Of a DNA stretch of 64,000 nucleotides, positions 11,502 through 23,400 are shown one piece after another. Below the pieces are notes generated by a model. The model ran no database searches. It was not told the DNA's origin and saw only the letters and a list, made by a program, of their open reading frames with translations. A program made the position numbers and the translations under genes. Numbering within the stretch: the first letter of the stretch is position 1; every line of letters begins with the position of its first letter. The stretch is from contig CM120640.1 in assembly GCA_051362555.1 (NCBI GenBank), positions 1,674,001 through 1,738,000 on the forward strand, written 5' to 3'. The DNA is from Lingula anatina (lineage: Eukaryota; Animalia; Brachiopoda).

Positions 11502-14441
11502 ATGCATCAGTATTTGAGTAGCACAAGAATGGAAAACGAAAAAGAAGTACAGCAAGACAGCAGGTTCAGACCATGGGGAGCAAGCAAGGGTATCACTGGG
11601 ACAAGTGCAAATATAGGCAACCCATATGAAAAAACTGTAGAAGAGGAAAAAATTGATTTGAAAATGAGTAGTATAATATTTCTTGGAGATTGTGGTGTAG
11701 GAAAAACATCGCTGCAACGCTATTTCCGAGAAAAAAGGTCCACAGGAAAATACAATAGTACTAGAGGCAATGTAAAATACACCGTGGGGACTGCTGCCGT
11801 AACTGATACTTGGAAAGATGTGAAAGATCCCGAAAACGAAAAGCAATACGCAGCTAGTTTCGAAACAATGAAAATGACTGATTATTCTGAATCTCAAACA
11901 ATAGAACTTGGTGTATCGCTTGATCAACATTTCAAATTTGTATTTGGGTTGCTATGCATGTGCGAGTGCATACCTTTCTTTCCCATTGAGTTATTTTCTT
12001 TGAAAATCACAGGGTGTCTTTTTGCCTCAGCCTTTTTCTCTGGCAAACTGCCTTTCGGTATCAAATGTGCTGAAAGTGCAGCCCTCAGTATATTTTACAC
12101 ATATGCATGTATTGAAATTCTATATTTTGACAGCAATATGCTAAAAAGAATAGACAACCCTGATTTGTTATTAGAATTTCTTCTTGGTGTTCTTTGTTGC
12201 GGGTTAGTGGTAGGATTTGTGTTAGGATATGGGTGCAGGTCAGGGACCTCATTGGTTTTCAGTTTCGTCTGCCTCAAAAGTCAAGGCAGTAATTTTTTGC
12301 CAATTGTTTCTGATATGCTTTACAAATGGGTTCATGATTTTAAAAATGCATTAGCCATGTTTCTTATCATCAGCTCTATTTTGATTTTATGCCATGCTTT
12401 ATATGCCAAAATATACCAAGAAAAACGAAACGTCATGGAATTGAGTCTTCAAGTCATCATTTCAAACGTGGCAACTGCCCTCATATATCAATTATTAACA
12501 GAAGAGAAATATTTGAAAATGTACAACCACGAGCAAGCAAGTGTTATCAGTTTAATTTGGTTAGGGTCTGCCGTTGGCTTCTACATATTCAAAAAAACGA
12601 CATCATACATGTATCTAATGCATAAACGGTTTTATATTTGGTTGTCCGTTTACATGATGGCAGTAATCTCGTGCTCTTATTTCTTCTGTGGCCTCATCTT
12701 AGAGTATATGGAAAAGGATTTTCATCATTATATGATTATCTTCATAGCTTGTTTTAGCAGTGCTATGATAGAATACACGGCAATGGTCATTGGCCGGTCT
12801 CTTTCAAAAGTTCACGATATGCCTGTCTATGCAAGACGAGCAATAGGCTTCATTCTAGGTTGGGCAATGGTTTATTTTATGAAGTGGACATTCATTATCC
12901 GTCCTGGGAATTTTATTTTCGATCAGTTGTTGTCTGTTGGTATTGTTCTTGTATACAATACGTGGCAGGTGAAACGAGTAATGGAAATGGGAATCAATTT
13001 AACTGTAATAAGACTGGCAAAATCAATATACGATAATGGATTATCAGGCATGCGTATAGCATATGCGTTCGAGTTGATTGATTGTGGAGGACAAGAACAA
13101 TATCATTATTTTCATCATTTATTTATACCAAAAGACGTTGTTTACATCATTGTATTTAACTTTGAAGAAGCCAAAGCACTTAAAGAAGCCGACAGACTGT
13201 ACATGCAATTTAAAAAACTTCGTTATTGGTTAAACTTTGTGTTGGCTCATATATGTTTGCCTGATGACGAAAATTACAAAAATCACAGACCTATCTTCAT
13301 TGTTGGGACACACAGGGACAGTGTTGATAAGGAGGTCAGACAAACGATTTCTCAGGAATTGACACGTTTGATTGAAAAAGAGGGTATTGATAAATACATT
13401 TCCTGGAATAAGGGTACTCTGATATTTGAAGTAGAGAATTCAGGACAGTGCAAGGAGGACGTAGAAGGAAAAAACCTCAGAAAGCACGTTGCGACAGTTG
13501 CAGTTTCGCTAAGGCAAAAAATGGAGATCAAATGGCTTAAATTTTCGAAAATCATGCCAGATTTATCTCCAATAATGACAATCTCAAAACTTAAAAATAC
13601 TGTCATTGAAGAAGGCGTCGTTAAAGACGTGGATGACTTTAAAAATTTTGTCAAATACTTCAACGAGAGGGGGGACCTTCATTGTTGCAATAGTGCCGAT
13701 TGCCAAACAGGGTTTGTTGTCCTGCGTCATGGACATTCCTGGTTTGTAGACTTGTTTTTGGAAATCCTGAATATGAATTCTGAAAGAAAAGGAAACAAGA
13801 TAGGCATCTTAAGTGAAAGTACTATGCATCAGGTATTAAAGCATAGAATTGAGACCCTTTCTGAGTGCCAATCACTGGCATTTGAAGACACAGATCATTT
13901 AAAAGACATTTGTGGTAAACTTCTTGAAGAGAGTAACTTAATCGTTAAGGTCCCTGGCAGCCCGTACTACCTCGTGCCGTCTCAGTTGGAAAACGCCAGC
14001 CAAGAAGACAAAGACCATCTTTGGAAAACTTCGCCAGGCAAAGAAATTAGTTTTGGTTTGGACTTTGGGGAATTTGAACCAAAGCCAATATTCTGGAGGC
14101 TTATTTCTACTCTGCTAAAAATTAGCGGTGACATAAATTTCACGGAAAAGAACTTTCGACAAACTGTGTACTCTGATTTTGCTGTCTTCACAGAACCATC
14201 CAAAGGAACCAAGTACAAACTTGAGATAAAATCCATTAATACACAAAACGTGATTTTGTTTACTACACGTGCAGACTCTTATTTTCCAGCAGGTGCCATA
14301 GAACAGCAAACTTACGAGGTCTTTGCCAATCTTCAGAAACAATTGAGTTATTTATGCAAGACATCTTTCCCTGGGCAAAAATATTCCGTGGGACTCGTCT
14401 GTCAGCTACAAGACGAACAAACTTGTTTGTGGGAAGAAAAG
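11502..14441 (+). CDS. ROCO gene 1 first coding exon: split Roc domain, TM block and COR
   Basis: 980 codons open, ending at donor AAG|GTGAGC. G1 at 11685, G2 at 11757, hydrophobic block ~11931-12964, G3 at 13080. COR-like KWLKF, YFNERGDL, YLVPSQL and IFWRLI follow. Confidence 0.9.
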
Positions 14442-17400
14442 GTGAGCAAGTTCTCTCACTTGTATTTAGAATAAATGGTCTATAACTGGCAAAACAACTC
14501 ATATATGTAATTCAGAAATCAAATTCTTGTCTTTGAAAAAGTGGGCAAATGTTTTTTATTTAACATCAATCAATTCTTATGTTAATGCTGTTTGGGTTTG
14601 GGTACATATAACAATAGAGCAAATGTGCATTACTGTAATTTTATCAGTATGGTCACGTTCATGTGTATCATATGGGAGACAACAAATCTGGCTTTATAAC
14701 AAAACATACAGTTGTAATTTTTTAATGATTTGATTACACCTTCTGCCAATGAGAAAAGTTGCCTTTCAGGTACGAAAATGGAGTGAAAATTCTGTAGACG
14801 TTTCCCAACTTTACACTGCTTAAGTAAGAGCAAAACGAATCTTCAGCACGCAGATCATTCTTTACGACTGATTAGGAAGCTGATATGTTTAATCACTGTG
14901 ATTAATCATACTGTTCCATTCTAATATAAATTAAGCTTTCGATATTCTACATTAAGTATGTAAATGAGGCAACACATGCGCTTTCAGTTCAGATGTTTTA
15001 TCTGTAGGGTCACGTTCATTTGTACCATCTGGGAGACAACAAATCTGGGTTCGAGTTATTTGAGAATATTCCTAAGGGAATATCTGCTGTTTCTAAGTGT
15101 GGCGCTGCCCCAAAGATGAAGATCTACCTGTACTCTGACAAGGTAAGCAATGGGCACATATTGTTGCATCACATTTGCTGGTATAATTTCGTTTGCTAAT
15201 TCAATTACATAATTCTGGTTTGTTTTGTTTTTGCCTTTATAACACACAATGGCTTTTAGACCTTAATATGATATGGTCAACGCTAACACGGTGGATTATA
15301 AGTTTAAAGTGAGAGCATATACTTGTTAAAATCGAATACAAAAGCACATCGAGAAAGGTAGAGAGGAGAGCCTAATTCTGTTGGTTTCACTTTAATGCCG
15401 CTTTATAACAAAAGTTACAAATTGAAAAGAAAGTTCATTTTAAAGCATCCTGTTGAAATGTTTTGAAAGCTTTTACAGTTGTAGAGCATTTACCGTCTTT
15501 TGTATTCAAAGTTGATGTTTGTACTTTTGCAGAAAATTCTTATTCCTGTCTTGTAAAGGTACTGGATGTTATAATGAAACTCATTGGATTATTTCCAATA
15601 TGTGAACATTTGAACGGAGAGGTGAGCTCATTGCCATACCGTGAATAATGCATATTGATTTGCTGTCACTGACTCTTTCATTTTGTGTTATAATAAATAT
15701 TTCATTTTAGAAAAACCAGGAAACTGAAAGACAATTCAAAAAGTTAAGCGAAAATTGGACAAAACTTGAAGATGACCTCGAACCTAAATCTTTCTTGTCC
15801 TACCTTTTTGAAAAGAAGGTTCTGGATATAGATGATGTGGATGTTATTCGGAAAGCATGCAATAGTTCACGGAAAGAGGGGTGTTTTGAACTACTGAAAA
15901 GAGTGTGTAAATGTTCTCCAGAAAGGGATCCTATACGTCACTTGTGCAGCGCTCTGCGTGAAAAGTACCCTCACCTCGCTGTTCTATTGGACCCATCATC
16001 AGAAACTGCCAACGACATGTTTACGGCGGTGGAAACAGTTGATAATGTCAGGGACTTTGAAAAGGTGAGTAATTAACGTGTAATGTTGCATCCTACCTGT
16101 AACAGGATAAAAGGAAAATGTATTAAACTTTAAATCTTGATTTAGTAATTCCTTTGTTAAAGAACATTTTTTAAGTTAGGGGATGAAATTTTGAACCTGC
16201 GGCAAAAAAAGCATAATACTGGCATAAACGCAACATGAATTCGACAAAAGTCAGGTAAAGAACAAAGGCGTAAGTGTCTGAAAAGAACCTGTATCTAATA
16301 ATTCTGTGTATTCGTTCTGCAAAGTACTGCTTGATTTTATTAATTTTGCTGTGATCAGGTTGGTTCTGATGACTCCAGATCTCTAGTTCTTTCTGAAGAT
16401 GAGTTGCAGCAAGGGGCATTTTCTGAAAGGATGAAAGGTTTGCTTACAACCATTGACATCATTCGATTACATTCAGTGTCTAGCTTAGACAGTAGCACAT
16501 GAATTTTAAAAAATGAAGCAAGGAAATTGAGATGGCCAGATATGTCCCACAGGCCAGATTTGACTGATGACCAAAACCCCCCGATATATATGAGCCAGAT
16601 CTGTTTGACAGACCAGACAGGTTATATCCAACAAAAGCTGGATATTATGGTCAGTCTCCACAGTTTCATTTAATTTTTAAATCCTCGTAGCCTGTGATTT
16701 TTGTAAATATACCTGAATAGTAAAATTTTTCATGTACGTAATTGAAAAAGAATGAAAACGTGATTTTGAATATATGGAAAGCTTGTAACTTTTTGTTTTA
16801 CTGAATAATCTCATTTTACTCCCTGTAATTTCACGAAACTCATTTCATATTAGAAAATAAAAAAACAGACATCGCTCTCATATGACTAATTTTTCTTTCT
16901 TGTGTGAAGCTGGCCTACATTTTTATAACAGCATTCTACCAGCCAGTCTCATTTTATAAACCAACCATTGCCTCTGTTCATTAGTTACAATTCGATATTA
17001 ACAAAACATGTTCAAATTTATCCAGGGGTTTATTAGGTCTCTTCGTGTATTTAACCATCTTTGTATTTCTAATGGACAAACCTAGCTCAGTTTTGTCAGA
17101 CACAGCTGGCCTGTTGGACAGATCTGGCCCATGTATGTCAGCAAAATATTACTGTCGGTCAAATCTAACCTGCGGGGCATAGGGACATCGGGCTATCTGA
17201 CAATCACAGTAGTAAAGCCTACATGTTACAAATAAGTGAGTGCATTTTTTTTTTGTCATACATATAAACTGGTTCACTAGGTCTCACCACAGTGGTGTTT
17301 TTTTTCTATTATCTTTCGTGTGTGTGTGTGTTTGTGTATGTGTGTGTTATAGTTAATCAGAATGTTGAACATTTGTAAATTTGCACACAAATTAACTTAC

Positions 17401-20400
17401 AGGCCAAATATCTCATGACTTGTATTTTTACAGATGACACATTCTCTCGGGGGAACAAAAACGAAAATAAAAGTGCGTTACTATTGATTTCATCAGGAAT
17501 GTACATTCAGAAGTTCCTCATGGACAGTCGTGGTGGTTATGTTCATTTGAAGGAAGTAGGGGTCACACTTGTGGTGTCAGAGGGTTCCCTTCCTGAAGGC
17601 ACAGTGGCAGAAATGTACCTTGGAGTCAGCTGGAGACCAGGTGACAGCCCTCATTTGGGAGGCAAGCAGACAAGAACAAGCCCCATTGTCGTATGCGGTC
17701 CTCATGATTTAACCTTTCAGAAACCAGTCTATCTCAGCTTTCCTCACTGTATACCAAATGTTGATGATGCGAAGACGGAGATAAAGTTTTGGACATCGAA
17801 AACTGATCTGCTGGGGACTTGTAAGTGGATAACCCATGAAAATGACCCTGTGGTGATCTACAGCCAAACCAGGTACTAAATTTACATTTTATTCCACATT
17901 TTACGAAAACTTGATTCATTACATATGTTTATAAATATCATTTACAGATATAAGAAAAGTGCAGTGTGTGTGCACATAAAAAGCCACCAGTCATGTTCAT
18001 CACATTAGTCCTGCATCTGTCGTTGTCGTCTTCGCCGTCATCATGCACCTTTTTAAAGGACGGACAAATATTACTAAAATACAGGTCGAGTTTGAATATA
18101 GCTTTATCTGACCATTTTTATGTACAGACACAGATGTGTCTGTACATATTGCCATCACCTGCGTCTGTCGTCGCCGTCGCCGTCCCTGTCGCCGTCCCTG
18201 TCGCCGTCGATGTCGCCGTCGCCGTCGCCGTCGCCGTGCACTTTCATCGTTAACACGATAAGTGGAAGACAGTTTTACTTTTTGGCTTTATATTTACACA
18301 GCTGATGAATATTCATAAAACGCAGGTCAAGTTCGAAAATCAGCATGTTTGGGCAATTATTGTAGTATTTATGCTGTGTTTTCACTTTTTAGCATATATA
18401 CAACACTGTTAACACATTTCAAGGAAAACCGATAGGCCTGTTGTCATGAAACTCACAGGAGTAATTAATCTTTCTAAAACGCAGATCAAGTTCGAAAATC
18501 GGCATGATCGGGCCACTATTTTAGTAGTTATGATGTTTTTTTCACTTTTCAGCATATGTGCAACACTGTTAACACATTTCAAGGAAAACCGATAGACCTG
18601 TTGTCATGAAACTCACAGGAGTAATTAATCTTACTAAAATGCAGGTCAAGTTCGAAAATCAGCATAATCAGGCCATTATTTTATAAGTTATGCTGTTTTT
18701 AAACATTTCCTCAGATTCAATTCTTAGGCATGTTAACAGTCTCATTATTTAACTAATAAGATTTGTAAAAGTGTTTGTTTGACATTTCCTGCATCTTTAC
18801 AACATTGTTAGTTGATTTTGTAAAAATGATGGTAAACTTGTTATTGTGTATTGTGTAATAAAGTTTCAAAAATGGAAATAAACTCATATCATTGCAGTTT
18901 GTAAGATTCAATCATTCACTATGTTCAGAAACTCAGAATGGAGGAAATTGGACTTTTGACACTGTTCTATTGATATTTTTCACATCTCATCAATTTTCTT
19001 AGTTGATCATATAAAAATGGCAGTAAACTGTTAATTTTGTTTTATGTTAAAAAAGTGTTAAAAATGGAAATAAACCCATTTCAGAATAGTGTTGTCTTGT
19101 TTACATTTTGGCATTTTCAAGTTGTGACTTTGAAGTTCCATGGGCCTGAAGACCTTTGCTAGTCAAATTTTCTGAATATCCATAATACTAATATTTTATT
19201 ATTAAAAATTGATGGTCATTATGCTGTTAAACGTTATGTAATATTGCATCAAAATTTGGAAAAAAATATTTTGGGCACTGCTCCCATGATGACCATTTAA
19301 GAAAAATCATGTCACTTACTGTTCTCAAACTTACAGGAAAGAAACATGGGACTAAAATACAGCTTCAGTAGGCAATGCAGTCTGTTTGGTAATTCTTTCT
19401 GCTAGTTAAACTTTTTTTTTTTTAATGAAAATTTAATTTTTCACATATTGGCATTTTCAAGGTGTGACTTTGAAGTTCCATGGGCTTGAAGACCCATGCT
19501 AGTCACATTTTCTGAAAATCCATGATACGTATATTTTATTATTAAAAATTGACGGTCATTATGCTGTTAACCATTATGTAATATTGCATCAGAATAAAAG
19601 AAAACACAATTTTGGGTGCTGCTGCCATAATGACCATTATGGGAAAACCATGTTAGTGATGATTGCCAAATGTTCAAAAAAGAAATACAGGACTAAAATG
19701 CAGCCTGAGTTGGAAAAGCAGTCTAATTGGCTTCTTTTTCTGGAAGTTATACATTTTCAAAGTGTGAACTTGAAATGCCATGGGCCTGAAGCCTTATGTT
19801 TGTTACACATTTTACTTACATTGGTATTACCTGTTGAGCATAATTAAAATTTGATGTTGAATTTGCAGTTTAACATAATGTACTTTTGCATCAGAATTGA
19901 CAGTAGCCTATTTTGTGCATAGTTATCTCCTGCTTTTTGTCTGTACATTTGACAGCTTTGCTGCCTTGTTGCATTGGAAATTTGTACTTTTAATTCTTTA
20001 AAATTACATGTATTTTTAGCATACCCCTGTATATTATATTATATTATATTATATTATATTATATTATATTATATTTAAAAGAAAAACTGTTTACTTTTTA
20101 TCTTAAAACTTACAGTTTTGATAAATATTAATAAAAATCAGGCGAAGTCTGAAAATTAAGCTTCATCTGACCAGTTATGCTATTTTTTATTATTTGTTTG
20201 TGTTTTGTTTATTTTCTGTGTGCATTATACTGCATTATTATCTTTAATAGCTGTACGTAAGGTAAGGGATGGAAGACTTATCATCCTACTTCTAAGGCCA
20301 CACTTTTTTAATTTTATGGATGACATCCTGCGCGCGCACCGATTTTCGTCCGTTCTCCAAAAAAAAAAAAAAAAAAAAAAAAAATCCCCCCCCCCCCCAA

Positions 20401-23400
20401 AGGAAGTCGGTTGTCGCAAACATCGTTATTGAATTTGCCGGAAAATGCAATCGGCAATTCTCTGCTAATTCCGCAAGCTCCATACTGTCATTGTCGACTG
20501 CGGAGACATCCGAGTAGTTCCGAGTGTGGAAAATGAGCTTTCTGCGCATGCGTATTATCACCACATGGAAATATGGCCGTTTTGCCGTCAACTTCATCTC
20601 TAGCATTAATTTCAAAATACACGACAATTAAAGTCATAAAGAGAACGGGGGCCGTCGTTTTGGATTGGTTTGCCATTGATATTGGACATGGAGATATCAC
20701 CCTTTTACAATTTTACGAAAGGCTGGCCGCGGCCAGCAATCATCGCCCGGAAAATTTCAGTGACATTCTGTCCAAAGCAGCACATACCAGTTTCTTTTTG
20801 GAGCGAAAAAAGGGTCGACAAGAGCGTCGCGGTATTTGGTGGACTGAAGGTCGGACAGGCCACCCGATAGTTGGCTGCTAGCGTGTGAGTCGAAGTAGAC
20901 AAAATGGCATCGACCGAAATTACCTTAGTAGTAGGAAGCATAGGCCTATCTTTGCTTAATTTTTTTAGCAATTCTGTGAAGTGTTTACAATGCTTTAATT
21001 TTCTGAGAGTACAAATAAAGACACGCTATTTATTTGATATTTGTTTTATTGGTTTCTATACCAACAGAATGCATGAAATAACCTTAAATAGATTTGGTAA
21101 TATGCAGCATATAGGCCTATATTCATGACTTTTTACCTTTCTACGAAGTAGGCCCTGTTCACAATGCTTTAATATTTTGAGAGCATGGATAAAGACATGT
21201 TGTTAGTTTGATACGTGTTTCTGTGGTAAATTAGTGTTTCCAGCTGTGTACTGAAAACATAACTTTTCTTAAGCAGTTTTTTTTTTTTTTTTTTTTTGGA
21301 CTGTTTTTTTTTTTTTTTCGCCCGCTCGCACCGACTTTGGGGTCCCCAGAGGATGTCATCCATAAAAATAAAAAAGTGTGGCCTAACAGGATAATTTTAT
21401 AGCACAAAAATACAGCTCATGTTCAATTAGGAGCTTATTGGGCCACTAGCCCTGCGCTAGCGGTACACATGATTCTAGTCCCGACTGGTATCGTCCGCCG
21501 GTGTGGCATGAGTGCACGTTCTAGTGACGCAAGACCGCCTGGACACTAAGTCCTGGGAATGCAAGTCCTAGGGCATGCATTGCTAGGAATGGAAGTCCTA
21601 GGACATACTGTACTCTACAAGGATTCAATGTCCGTAGGACAAAGGCTCCCAAGTAATGTAAGTCCTGGGGGACTTGGATTACTGTTACACCGGCTCCGCC
21701 ACCACATCACCGTTATCGCTTCTTCACCTCAAATACAAGAGCCCATGTATTCATCTTTTGTATGTAGGTCAAATATAATCTAAACTCGATTCTTGTGAAT
21801 TTTGGGCTTTGTCAGTGCACTGGTCTAGGTGTGGCCATCGTCGCAATGTACACTGTACCCTTGTCCAAAATTTGCAAAATTAAATGCTAAATATCTCCCA
21901 AACTGAAGGAATTTCTGAAAAATTTCTAGGTATTGCTGACTGAAAGTCATATGTAGATATTTCAAATATGCCCTTGGATTTGACCTCTCACCTTTTTTTC
22001 AAGGTCAAGTGTGCCAAATTTTCTAATAATGGGAATTTTTTGCAAAATAAAACTTATTTGTGCCGATTTTCAGAAACTACACAGAATTAACCTACACTAT
22101 TATGGATAGGTGTTACACTTAGGGTCATCTTTTATCTTCGTGAGTTTGGGGTCAGTCAGTGCATTTTCACAGCCATTAGATGCTGAAAATGAAAACTAGC
22201 TCTCTCTATTTCTATTTTTTTTTTTTTTTTGCAGTTTATAGTTTGTCAAGCACAACACTGAAGGTTTTGTCTGTTTTTTTTTTTTTTTTTTTTTTTTTTT
22301 TCCATACAGTTTACGAATGCGCTATATCCAAAAGTACAATGCTGCAAGATTTACTGTAATGGTGAAAATAAAATGTGAAATAACTCAAAACTTAGCAGAG
22401 ATACGCCAATGAGCTTGAGTATGAACTCATATACTGGCTATCTGTGACCTTGAAATTAACCTTTGACCTATTTTTCACCATGAACTAAAATTTGCAGTTT
22501 TTCCATCTCTTATATTACCAAAACTGCAGGGATATGCCTATAGTTACTATTGAACTTTAATAGAAATTCATATATTGACAGTCTTCCTGTGACCTTGAAT
22601 ATGACCTTTGACCTACTTGCCCCAATGAACTGTACTTTTCAAATTTTCTGTTCCTTATATCTTCAAAACTGGCAGAGATTCGCTCATAGTTACTATTGAA
22701 CTTGAATAGGAAGTCATACTGGCAATGTATGACCTTGAAATTGACTTTTGACCTACTTTTTCCCATGATCTGAACTTTGCAATTTTCCCATCCCATATAA
22801 CTCCAAAACTGGCAGAGACACGCCAATAGTTACAATTAAACTTTAATAAGAAGTCATATACTGGCAATCTAACAGTGACCTTGAAATTGACCTTAAGCCT
22901 ACTATTTGCCATGAACTAATCTTATAAATTATCCGTCCCTTATATGTCCAAAACTGGCACAGATATGCCTAGCGATACTTCTGAACTTGAATAGGAACTA
23001 ATGTATTGGCAGTCTTCCTGTGACCTTGAAATTGACTTTTGACCTGCTTTTGCCATGAATCGCTCTTCACAAATTTGGATGTGGCCTTTTACTTTTCCCC
23101 ATGATTTTGTTATAAATTGTAATTTTCAACAAATAAAATTGAGAACTCTTGTTAACTGCATTTTGCAAAGCTTGGCAAGCACAACATGTACAGTGGAGGT
23201 GGTATCTCTTCTTTGTTTTCCATACGCATGCGCTTATTCCAGTTGGTGGTACATTACCTGGAGGCAGTATCACCTCGGATCATCTAGTTCAGTTTTATTT
23301 TTTATTTAGCGTTCATAACTGGAACTATTTCGTTCACTTTTAAAAGTTTTAAAACTTTTAAGTACTGTTCCAATAAATGCATTGATAAATGTATACATTG

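Noticed and set aside
17821-17826. Strong GTAAGT donor inside the ZU5 exon
   Set aside because: It is phase 1 and would not join the phase-2 exon at 23412, whereas the donor at 17873 does.
17966-18305. VAVAV / SPSPSP ORFs
   Set aside because: Translations of the (GCCGTC)n microsatellite.
20205-21363. Cluster of short ORFs on both strands
   Set aside because: They lie inside the 20296-21383 MITE, are driven by homopolymers, and show no recognisable motifs.
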